Source: a virus
Taxonomy: Duplodnaviria; Caudoviricetes
DNA length: 41,071 nt
Virus record (IMG/VR): IMGVR_UViG_3300010376_000067
Coordinates: 1 to 41,071 of that record
Strand: one strand, 5' to 3'
The notes under the pieces were generated by a model. The model was not told where the DNA came from, ran no database searches, and saw only the letters and a program-made list of their open reading frames with translations. Of this stretch, positions 1 through 7,538 are shown one piece after another (position 1 is the first letter of the stretch; each line of letters begins with the position of its first letter). Position numbers and translations under genes: made by a program.

Positions 1-22
1 AAACACGCTATTTCCTCATCGC

Positions 23-253
23 TTAATTCGACAGATTTTTCGCCCATCGATCGACCCGCTTTCTGGCGCGCCGATCTAGCGCAATCTCCAGAATTCCCAG
101 TACATGGTATTCCGCGTCTTCAGCCACCTCCAGCGGCAAATCACCCAGTGCCTCGATCAACTCGCGCACCGCCAATTCGAACCGCTCAAGCTTGCTCATG
201 GAATGCCGATCGCTGAATTTGGAAACTGGTCGGCTGGAGAAGCTTGTCTCCAC
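23..253 (-). CDS. small hypothetical protein (real start may be an internal Met)
   Basis: 76-aa ORF with a helical, charged C-terminal half; overlaps the upstream minus-strand gene. Confidence 0.5.
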   Translation of the reverse strand: METSFSSRPVSKFSDRHSMSKLERFELAVRELIEALGDLPLEVAEDAEYHVLGILEIALDRRARKRVDRWAKNLSN

Positions 254-449
254 TCTTGTTGTGCCTGATCAGCGCATAAGCGCATCGACGCAAGAATCCG
301 GCACTGCTGTCAAAACCGTAAGCGCGCAAAGCTTCCTGAAAATCATTTACGTCTTCTTCCGGTAATTTCAGCGTTCCAAGTGATCGCATCACCGGATCAC
401 CAAAAGTCATATTACCTATTGGATTCATCTGTAATCGTTTCAACGACAA
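186..449 (-). CDS. putative ribbon-helix-helix (Arc/CopG-like) regulator, candidate repressor
   Basis: SLGTLKLPEEDVNDFQEALRAYGFDSSAGFLRRCAYALIR fits strand-helix-helix; divergent from the early operon. Confidence 0.45.
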   Translation of the reverse strand: MSLKRLQMNPIGNMTFGDPVMRSLGTLKLPEEDVNDFQEALRAYGFDSSAGFLRRCAYALIRHNKSGDKLLQPTSFQIQRSAFHEQA

Positions 450-534
450 AAGAAATTTAGCCTTCCGTCATCTCAGTGTAGCCGAACGTAGCCAAAATGC
501 ATTAATAAAATACGTTCACTGCCTGTCTTGTTTA

Positions 535-828
535 ATGTATGGTTTGAATGAATCTATGGACACTCAGGAACGTCCTACGCCACGGCAGGCGAGTAAGCTT
601 TTCGACGAGTGTGAAACCTTAATCAAAGAGCTTGCCGAAAAGAAGTATTACGCACACCTCTCTATCATCGACAGCCATTCCCGTCGCTTGCGGGATCAAT
701 ACTTTGACATGGCTACTGCCCGAAAGACTGCGGCTGCGGTCCAGTTACTGGAAATCGTTCATGGACCGACCAAATGGAACAAGGAAGAACGCAAACGATT
801 GCTAAATAACGCGGCAAAAGTTGTCTAG
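535..828 (+). CDS. hypothetical protein
   Basis: 97-aa ORF divergent from 186..449; no recognised motif. Confidence 0.55.
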   Translation: MYGLNESMDTQERPTPRQASKLFDECETLIKELAEKKYYAHLSIIDSHSRRLRDQYFDMATARKTAAAVQLLEIVHGPTKWNKEERKRLLNNAAKVV

Positions 829-888
829 CGAAAATAACAAAAATTTCAGCCGCTTCACTGGTTCGCAATCGTATCGCATTCGGTACGT

Positions 889-957
889 AAACTATACGCA
901 AACTATACGCAAAGTTATCGTTTTTGTATTGCGTAATGTGCATCGTGCATCTTGCAT
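889..957. repeat. short tandem repeats in the early control region (AAACTATACGC x2 at 889-910; YKTGCAT x3 at 937-957)
   Basis: Read directly from the intergenic DNA upstream of the excisionase-like gene. Confidence 0.7.
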
Positions 958-1013
958 AGGATAACGTGTCATCACTTGTGTGCTATGTGTTCAAGCACAT
1001 TTAAGGACGCTCT

Positions 1014-1208
1014 ATGTCAGGTGTGTCATTCCAAAGACTGCTAGAAGTCAATGAAGTAGCCGAACTGCTCAGTGTTACAAAACGCACCATCTGGAAATGG
1101 AGCAGACTCGGAATTTTACCCAGTGTCCGCATGCCAGGCGATATCATTCGCTGGGATCCGGAAGAGATCAATAAGTTCAAAACCTCTCGCACAATCGGTA
1201 AACTTTAA
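1014..1208 (+). CDS. excisionase-like / HTH_17 DNA-binding protein
   Basis: LLEVNEVAELLSVTKRTIWKWSRLGILPSVRMPGDIIRW is a typical Xis/AlpA-like winged HTH. Confidence 0.85.
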   Translation: MSGVSFQRLLEVNEVAELLSVTKRTIWKWSRLGILPSVRMPGDIIRWDPEEINKFKTSRTIGKL

Positions 1209-1621
1209 TGGCTCTCGTTCCCAGACGGATCTGGAACCTTATGTCGCCCGCTGATCAGGCGGACCATACGCCCGATGACACGCCGGAAGCTTTAGCCAGA
1301 GCGCCGGCACCCGATCTAAAAGGCCAGGAAACCAAGCAGCAGAAGATCTTTAATAACTGGCTGAACCTGCGCCTGGCCGAACGCAAACTCTGGCCGGTCA
1401 ATCCGCGCAGCGATAAAGCCACAACTATCCGTGTCGGTCATCCCGATTACTCCATCTGGTTGCCAGGCGGTAAAACGCTCCTGCTCGAGATGAAAGTTCC
1501 AGGTGGAACATTCTCTGATACCCAGGTCCAGGCAATCGGGCTGCTCGCCGACCTCGAACATGAAGTTCTCGTCCCAGAGAGTGCCTATCAAGCCATCGAA
1601 ATGGTCCGCAAATATTTATGA
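1208..1621 (+). CDS. VRR-NUC family PD-(D/E)XK nuclease (resolvase-like)
   Basis: GHPDY...LLLEMKVPGGTFSDTQ motif; start overlaps the upstream stop. Confidence 0.8.
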   Translation: MALVPRRIWNLMSPADQADHTPDDTPEALARAPAPDLKGQETKQQKIFNNWLNLRLAERKLWPVNPRSDKATTIRVGHPDYSIWLPGGKTLLLEMKVPGGTFSDTQVQAIGLLADLEHEVLVPESAYQAIEMVRKYL

Positions 1622-2724
1622 CAACTGAATTAGCTAAGACAAATCCACGCAAAGAACTCAAAGATTGGCTGCAAGGAGAGACCTTTAAACGGGAACTCTC
1701 CGCACTCCTGCCCAAGACCATGAGTGCAGAGCGGTTCGTCCGGATCGCGTTCCAAGCCGTTCACCGCAACCCTGAACTGCTCAAATGTACCCAGGAAAGC
1801 TTCTTCAATTGTCTACTGCAACTCGGCACCATGGGCCTCGAACCAGATGGTCGGCGCAGCCACCTGATTCCCTACGGCTCCGAGTGCACGTTGATTGTCG
1901 ATTACAAAGGAATCGCTGAAGTCCTGCGCCGGAACCACGATGTCTCAAGCCTCCACTGCGACGTAGTCTATACTCGCGACGAGTACGATGCCGAACAAGG
2001 CACCGATCAGCATCTGCGCCACAAACGCGCCCATGGCGACCGCGGCATACCAATACTCGCCTATTCCTATGTACGCCTCCCAGACGGCAGCCAGGAATTT
2101 GAAGAGATGACCATCGGCGAAATCGAGGCCGTGCGTAAACGCTCTAAAACGCCAAATAAAGGCCCGTGGGTGACCGACTGGGACGCTATGGCTCGCAAGA
2201 GCGTCTTCCGTAAACACGCCAAAATGCTGCCGCTCTCGCCCGAAAGTCGCGACATGATCGAGCGCGACGATGACGGCGATGCCCTTGCAGAACCCGGGTT
2301 CGCCAACGCAGTGCCTGCCAAAGCTGTCGTTGCCGAACCTGCTACCCAGCGCCCACGTGGCCGGCTACCAAAAGAAGTTGCCCAGGATAATGAACCCTTT
2401 TCGCCCGTAGAGCCGGCGTTAACAACACCACAAACAACAAGCCAAAAGCAGCCAGAGCAACAAACAGAAGCGCCGGCCTCTGCGGCCCCTCCTAAACTAA
2501 CCCTCGCTCAAGCTGTCTCCGAAAAGCTTGGCGCCGCCGGTTTTAAACCCTCCGAACTTATCGCCATCCTCGTCCCTGTGCGACTCGCCGATCCTAAATT
2601 CATCGCCGTCAACCAACTCTCCGATCACGCCCTCCGGCGAGTGCTCGAGGATTGGGATAATGCCGTGCGCCGGATGAGCGAGGAACGCTCTAAAAACCCA
2701 AGCCAAGACGAGATACCAATGTGA
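1618..2724 (+). CDS. recT: RecT-family ssDNA annealing recombinase
   Basis: LPKTMSAERFVRIA, NPELLKCTQESF, GLEPD, YKG and GPWVTDWDAMARKSV motifs. Confidence 0.92.
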   Translation: MTTELAKTNPRKELKDWLQGETFKRELSALLPKTMSAERFVRIAFQAVHRNPELLKCTQESFFNCLLQLGTMGLEPDGRRSHLIPYGSECTLIVDYKGIAEVLRRNHDVSSLHCDVVYTRDEYDAEQGTDQHLRHKRAHGDRGIPILAYSYVRLPDGSQEFEEMTIGEIEAVRKRSKTPNKGPWVTDWDAMARKSVFRKHAKMLPLSPESRDMIERDDDGDALAEPGFANAVPAKAVVAEPATQRPRGRLPKEVAQDNEPFSPVEPALTTPQTTSQKQPEQQTEAPASAAPPKLTLAQAVSEKLGAAGFKPSELIAILVPVRLADPKFIAVNQLSDHALRRVLEDWDNAVRRMSEERSKNPSQDEIPM

Positions 2725-2752
2725 ACGCGCCAGTTCTCTCACCGCTCCCCCT

Positions 2753-3880
2753 ATGGACTCCGAACGCTTAAACTTGAGATCCGCTTCCCAGGCAAACCGT
2801 AACCGCAATTGCACCGGATCCCAGAACCTTATTGACCAACTCCGAGAGCGCGGACTCTTAACCCAAATACCGCAAAGCGTCGATGCCGCCAGCGGTACTC
2901 GCGTCCACGCTGCTTGGGCCGGCCAACAAATCGATAACCTCGCCGGCCAGGAACAAAAGACTCTGATCGAACTTGAGCGACTCGAAGCCATGGTCTTAGA
3001 AGATTGGGCCGGCAACCAAATCAGGGACACGCAATTACTCGGCCGCGAAGTGCGCCTCTGGCTTCATGACGGACTCACGCCTTTAGCCAGCGGTCAATAC
3101 GATTGCGCCTATACCTTGGATACTCGCGCCCTCATCCTCGACGCGAAAACCCTCTACGGCCAGACCGATCCAGCCAGCCACAATGATCAAATGCGTGAGT
3201 TGGTCGCACTTTTCCGGTTCAATTACCCCCAAATCAAGCATTACACCGTAGCCCTCCTGATCCCCAACCAGGCAGAGCGGATATCAATCGCTACTTATGA
3301 CGAACTAGAAGCCGAACTCGCGCTTCGCCTCCTGCGCCTATCAATCATCCAATGCGCTTATCCGCTCGCACCGCGGATCCCGGGCCGTTGGTGCCAGTAT
3401 TGTCCCGCAGTGTCAAATTGCGAAGAGGCACGCCAACTAGTCGGTCATTTCCCTACACTGGCCGAACGCCTCGATGCCGGCCAGTTTACTCTTCCCCTTG
3501 GCGAACGGGGCGCCCAACTCCTCGACCAAATCAAGATCGCCAAAGCAATCATTAAAACCCTCGAAGAAGCCTACAAAACTCTCCTGTCCAACAATCCCGA
3601 TTCCCTCCCAGGCTGGCACTTGCGCAATGGCAAGAAAATGCGCCAGATCGCCGACACAGAGCGCGCTTTTGAAGCCTGGAAAGAGGCCCGGCTCGATATC
3701 GCCGATTTCCTCGCCGCTACCGAAATCAGTGTCCCGCGCCTCCAGGAACGCTACGGACTAGCCGCCCAAATCAAAGGCAAACGCCTCGAACTAGAGTTTA
3801 ACCAGATATTCACCGACCTCATCACCTTCAAGCAGTACTCGCCCGAACTTGAACGCTCTAAACCCAAACTATCCTCATGA
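2753..3880 (+). CDS. Cas4-like/DUF2800-type PD-(D/E)XK exonuclease (RecT partner)
   Basis: GTRVH, GQYD...ILDAKT and WCQYCPAVSNC Cys cluster; adjacent to recT. Confidence 0.8.
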   Translation: MDSERLNLRSASQANRNRNCTGSQNLIDQLRERGLLTQIPQSVDAASGTRVHAAWAGQQIDNLAGQEQKTLIELERLEAMVLEDWAGNQIRDTQLLGREVRLWLHDGLTPLASGQYDCAYTLDTRALILDAKTLYGQTDPASHNDQMRELVALFRFNYPQIKHYTVALLIPNQAERISIATYDELEAELALRLLRLSIIQCAYPLAPRIPGRWCQYCPAVSNCEEARQLVGHFPTLAERLDAGQFTLPLGERGAQLLDQIKIAKAIIKTLEEAYKTLLSNNPDSLPGWHLRNGKKMRQIADTERAFEAWKEARLDIADFLAATEISVPRLQERYGLAAQIKGKRLELEFNQIFTDLITFKQYSPELERSKPKLSS

Positions 3881-4065
3881 CCGACTTAATCCAGATCCTC
3901 GCACAACTAGCTATTTTAATCGCCCTGGGCGCCTCCATGCTGGCAGTCGGTTTTAAGTTAGGCTATCACGCCGGTTTTAAAGACGGCCGCCACCACTCCA
4001 ATAGCTTCAATAATCTGAAAAAAACCGAAGCACTCAGGAGTTTCCATGGAAGGAATCGACTCTAG
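3877..4065 (+). CDS. small membrane protein
   Basis: N-terminal hydrophobic helix followed by GYHAGFKDG; ATGA overlap with the upstream gene. Confidence 0.65.
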   Translation: MTDLIQILAQLAILIALGASMLAVGFKLGYHAGFKDGRHHSNSFNNLKKTEALRSFHGRNRL

Positions 4066-4636
4066 CCTTTATGCCCCGGAAATCCAACGCTCAACTGTTA
4101 GCCTGGCGTGGCATTTCCCCGACGTTGCGCTCCCAGTCATCTTGCGGCATCTGGACCCTCATGTTCATTTCCCAGAGCCGTTCTGCGCCGACCTGCTCAC
4201 CGCTATTAATATGGTTTTCAGTGAGCTGAATATGGCCGATTTCCCGACCGTCCTCGATTGCCTCAGCCAACAAAATAAACGCTATTCCCCTGAACAAAAA
4301 GCGGCTCTGAGCGAGATCTACGCATTAGCAGAACACCAGACACGCGCTACTCGCGACTTAATCGATTATTATATCGAGTTACTCAAAGACTACGCCCTCT
4401 TACGCGGTCCACTTTCACCTACCCAAAAACCACCCATTTTGCGCTTTAGCGGCGGCACCGCACTGCTCAAAGATAACTTCTACAAAAAACGCTCCGGTTC
4501 ATTAGATCCCGATTTTATCGGCCCAGGCCAAATCGAGGGCAAACGTTATCAGATATCCTTGTGGATCGAAAAAGACGTTTTCGATAAAACAGTTGTCCAA
4601 CTCCGCTTTAAACCAGCCCAGGCACAAGGATTATGA
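4046..4636 (+). CDS. replication-associated protein: DnaB-N-like helical region plus C-terminal DUF736-like beta domain
   Basis: HLDPHVHF...INMVF...DFPTVLDCL resembles the DnaB N-domain; PDFIGPGQIEGKRYQISLW resembles the PDYxG...SxW family. Confidence 0.5.
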   Translation: MEGIDSSLYAPEIQRSTVSLAWHFPDVALPVILRHLDPHVHFPEPFCADLLTAINMVFSELNMADFPTVLDCLSQQNKRYSPEQKAALSEIYALAEHQTRATRDLIDYYIELLKDYALLRGPLSPTQKPPILRFSGGTALLKDNFYKKRSGSLDPDFIGPGQIEGKRYQISLWIEKDVFDKTVVQLRFKPAQAQGL

Positions 4637-4637
4637 A

Positions 4638-5687
4638 ATGGACTTCGAGGATTCCCTTAAGCGTTTCCATCTTCAACAAATCGTTATCCAGTTGTTAGCC
4701 GAAATGCCAGAGTTCCATCCTCCAGTGGTTATTGAACACCTCCTGCGCCGCGGCGATCTGCTACTGGTCGGTGGCAAATCCAAACGCTGGAAAAGCTGGG
4801 CGCGCATGGATCTGCTCTATTGCATCGCCAACGGCTTCGATTGGCTGGGTTTCAAGTGCCATAAAGGTCTGGTTGTCCACTTTGACCTCGAACTCGATCC
4901 TTCCGATGTCCGCAGCCGCTTCGAAACCATCCACAATGCTTATTGCCAGGCAGGGTTCAAAGGTAACTGCGATAATATGCGCTTCGCCAGCCTCCGCGGT
5001 AAACCTTTTGCTATCGATGAGCTCGAAACTCTCCCTGAGCTTTTAGCTGAGTATAATCCCGCCGTCTTCAGCCTTGACCCTGTTTATCGACTGCTAGGCG
5101 GCAGGAGCGAAAACGATCAGGCCGCCGTTAATGAACTCTTAAATAAATTCCTCGCCCTCGGAAGCGTCCTTAATTGCGCCATCGCCCTTACCCAGCATTT
5201 TTCCAAAGGTAACCAAAGCGAAAAAGACCCTGAAGACCGCTTCAGCGGTTCCGGCGTCTGGGCGCGCTTCCCTGATTGCCTCATCACCATCACCGATCTC
5301 GAGGAAGAAAACTGCTTCGCCGCCGATTTTCTCCTGCGCTCCTTCCCTCCGCTGGATCCACTCGCCCTGCGCTGGGAGTTCCCTCGCTTCCAAATCGATT
5401 CAGCCCTGGATACCGATCAACTCAAAACAAAAGCCAAAACCGGTCGCAAAGATAAAATTACCCCAGACCAACTCTGCGCACTCCTCAGTGCCGACGATAC
5501 CATCTCTTTCAACGATTTCCTCTCACGCGCCCATAAAGCTTTCGGTATCTCCAAAGCCACCCTGGCGCGAAAACTCGCAGTAGCTAAAGCCAATGGCTCA
5601 ATCTTCCAAAACGCTTTCGGCTACGGTTTAACAAGCAAATATTGCTCAGAAAACAATGGTCAATCCCATCCCAACCCTGCTCCCTAG
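4638..5687 (+). CDS. AAA_25 / RepA-like replicative helicase with C-terminal HTH
   Basis: LLLVGGKSKRWKS (variant Walker A), HFDLEL, FSLDPVYRL, SENDQ, QHFSKG and FSGSGVWARFPD; ATG at 4638 follows the upstream stop. Confidence 0.85.
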   Translation: MDFEDSLKRFHLQQIVIQLLAEMPEFHPPVVIEHLLRRGDLLLVGGKSKRWKSWARMDLLYCIANGFDWLGFKCHKGLVVHFDLELDPSDVRSRFETIHNAYCQAGFKGNCDNMRFASLRGKPFAIDELETLPELLAEYNPAVFSLDPVYRLLGGRSENDQAAVNELLNKFLALGSVLNCAIALTQHFSKGNQSEKDPEDRFSGSGVWARFPDCLITITDLEEENCFAADFLLRSFPPLDPLALRWEFPRFQIDSALDTDQLKTKAKTGRKDKITPDQLCALLSADDTISFNDFLSRAHKAFGISKATLARKLAVAKANGSIFQNAFGYGLTSKYCSENNGQSHPNPAP

Positions 5688-5859
5688 CCTGCCTCTGGAA
5701 ATCCATATTTTCGGACTCCCTCACTCTTGCCAACGCTTCCTCCCTCAAGTCTATTCCCTCGACCAATCCCTTTACGCCTCTGTTCATTCAAACCGCTTCT
5801 TCCTTATTAAATTCTCACAACTCCAAAAGTATCATTATTGGTCTCAAAAGACGTTATGA
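5656..5859 (+). CDS. hypothetical protein
   Basis: 67-aa ORF overlapping the helicase end. Confidence 0.4.
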   Translation: MVNPIPTLLPSLPLEIHIFGLPHSCQRFLPQVYSLDQSLYASVHSNRFFLIKFSQLQKYHYWSQKTL

Positions 5860-5940
5860 AACCAGAATTCAGGTCTCATATCATAACCCCTACGGGGATG
5901 TTATGAGACTAGAGACTGAATTCGGGATTGGTCTCATAAC
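5840..5940. repeat. iteron-like cluster (5 copies of GGTCTCATAAC in alternating orientation), candidate replication origin
   Basis: Copies at 5840(+), 5853(-), 5872(+), 5900(-), 5930(+) around a CCCC-TAC-GGGG palindrome, downstream of the helicase. Confidence 0.65.
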
Positions 5941-5966
5941 TTTACGCCTTAAAAATACAACGCAAT

Positions 5967-6359
5967 ATGAAGAAACAAACCAAATCAATCGTCCAGCTCC
6001 CTATCCACTTCAAATCCCCCGGCCGTTCCTATTCCCAAATCGGCCGCAAAGGCAACGTCGCCCTCTACGCCGTTTACTCCGATTACGCTACCTTGTTCAC
6101 CGTTCTGCCTTATGTGCTTCTCGGTTACGAACTGGTTGTCATCAAAACCAATCCAAACGGTCATGAGCGTTACCCTCGCAACGAGGAATTCGGTGCCTCC
6201 GGTTGGTCAATTCCCAAAAGCTTCCTTGCCACTTGCAGAACTTGCCTTGGACGCTGCTTCCGTGGATGGACAGAACTTTGCATATCGGAACCTTTCTCCG
6301 TTCTTAACCGGTCGACCTCTTCCGCGGACTGCACATGCCAGGCTCTGGCGCCGGCTTGA
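5967..6359 (+). CDS. hypothetical phage protein (possible frameshift near 6216)
   Basis: GRKGNVALY...GYELVVIK...ERYPRNEEFGASGWS N-terminal part looks like a real folded domain. Confidence 0.6.
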   Translation: MKKQTKSIVQLPIHFKSPGRSYSQIGRKGNVALYAVYSDYATLFTVLPYVLLGYELVVIKTNPNGHERYPRNEEFGASGWSIPKSFLATCRTCLGRCFRGWTELCISEPFSVLNRSTSSADCTCQALAPA

Positions 6360-6391
6360 AGTAAGTCGGAATGGTCAAAAGCCTATAAAAA

Positions 6392-6409
6392 TGCCACAAT
6401 CGAGCCACA
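6392..6409 (+). promoter_or_regulatory. TGCCACA-pair motif, copy 1
   Basis: TGCCACAATCGAGCCACA; same motif as at 34571, 38268 and 40887 (those read on the minus strand). Confidence 0.5.
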
Positions 6410-6465
6410 AAGGAGGGTCACCCTCCGCTAGCAAGGTGAAAGCGAATCATAGTGATAGTGCTAAG

Positions 6466-6540
6466 AGGGGGGGAGGGGGATCGAGGCGCCCGGGAGCTAA
6501 GAAGCGCGACCGGTCCTAACGTTCAGAAATTTTTTTTTTA
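6466..6540 (+). other. G-run plus T-run tract, candidate packaging/terminus or priming region
   Basis: GGGGGGGAGGGGG followed by AAATTTTTTTTTT upstream of the terminase operon, at the strand-skew flip. Confidence 0.4.
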
Positions 6541-6677
6541 ACAAGGATTAGATAGGAAGGATCAGGATATAGGGCATCAGGCAGGGAACGTAGTAGGGTG
6601 CTGTTTAAGGTGTAATCAGATAAGAGGCAGGAACAAGACAGTAGTAGAAGTATTAATTAAAAGATGGAGGAACAGAT

Positions 6678-6890
6678 ATGCCAAAGAAGAGTAGAGGAGA
6701 AGCTGGAGTGGGGGACATACCTAGTGGGCAGGTGCAGAGGAGAGGTAATCCGAGTAAGGGTAGGTTGCATGAGGGAGGGTATGGGGAGCCAGGGAAGGTG
6801 GGTATGACGAAGTGGCGAGGGCCGGCAGGTGGGAGGGACGCGAAGCCGCCGGCGGAGAAGGAGCCTGGGAAGAGCAGGGGGCCGAGTTGA
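6678..6890 (+). CDS. small basic Gly-rich hypothetical protein
   Basis: GGAGG RBS upstream of the ATG; 70 aa, probably disordered. Confidence 0.6.
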   Translation: MPKKSRGEAGVGDIPSGQVQRRGNPSKGRLHEGGYGEPGKVGMTKWRGPAGGRDAKPPAEKEPGKSRGPS

Positions 6891-7038
6891 GAAAAGCCGG
6901 AGGTGATTTAAGCGATTTTGGAGCCTGGTCCGCTGTCATGTATCAGGGGTGGTGTGGAAGAGAGGCGCTAGGTGGCAAAGTGTTTGATTAAAGTGGGTAT
7001 TTGATTGAGGGGTCGGCGCATGATTTTGGGATATTGGC

Positions 7039-7371
7039 ATGAGAGCTGAAAAACTGGGGTTAAAACGGTTGGAAGAACTTGGGGAAGAGAAGGTGGTTGA
7101 AGCACCCGTGGGAGTGGGGACTGGGGCAATAGAGCCAAGGTGTGGGATAGAGCGTGAGTTACGGGTGGTGCGGGTGGGTCCGAACCCGAGGATGGTGGTA
7201 TGCGAGTATTGGGAGTTGGCGGAGAGGCGGGTATGTATAGTTAACGTGAAGAGGAATGTAAAATGGATGAGGGGGATGAAGTTCAAAATGGAGGAGCCTA
7301 GAGTAGAGGAGGAATATATAAAGCCGTGGATATATAAGGGCAAGCAGCCAAGGTTAAGAGGGCGGTGGTGA
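7039..7371 (+). CDS. hypothetical protein upstream of terminase
   Basis: 110 aa ending YKGKQPRLRGRW; stop overlaps the next GTG. Confidence 0.65.
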   Translation: MRAEKLGLKRLEELGEEKVVEAPVGVGTGAIEPRCGIERELRVVRVGPNPRMVVCEYWELAERRVCIVNVKRNVKWMRGMKFKMEEPRVEEEYIKPWIYKGKQPRLRGRW

Positions 7372-7538
7372 GTAGTAACAATAAGAGGACTAGGAAGCTA
7401 GAGGACTACCAGGTGATATTGATTAGGCAGATGAGGAGGGAAGGATTTAGGAGGAAGTTTATTGCGGAGCGGTTTGGGATTAGTATACATACTATTCAGT
7501 TACTAATGAGTAATAGCACTTATAAGGACGTGAGGTGA
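7368..7538 (+). CDS. 56-aa stand-alone HTH protein (not in the ORF track)
   Basis: Hand translation [56 protein letters not shown]; GTGA overlaps at both ends. Confidence 0.7.
   Translation: MSSNNKRTRKLEDYQVILIRQMRREGFRRKFIAERFGISIHTIQLLMSNSTYKDVR

Noticed and set aside
6936-7343. Minus-strand 135-aa ORF, and TGA read-through upstream of 7039
   Set aside because: Shadow ORF caused by the G-rich, C-poor + strand; TGA is a normal stop throughout the genome, so no recoding
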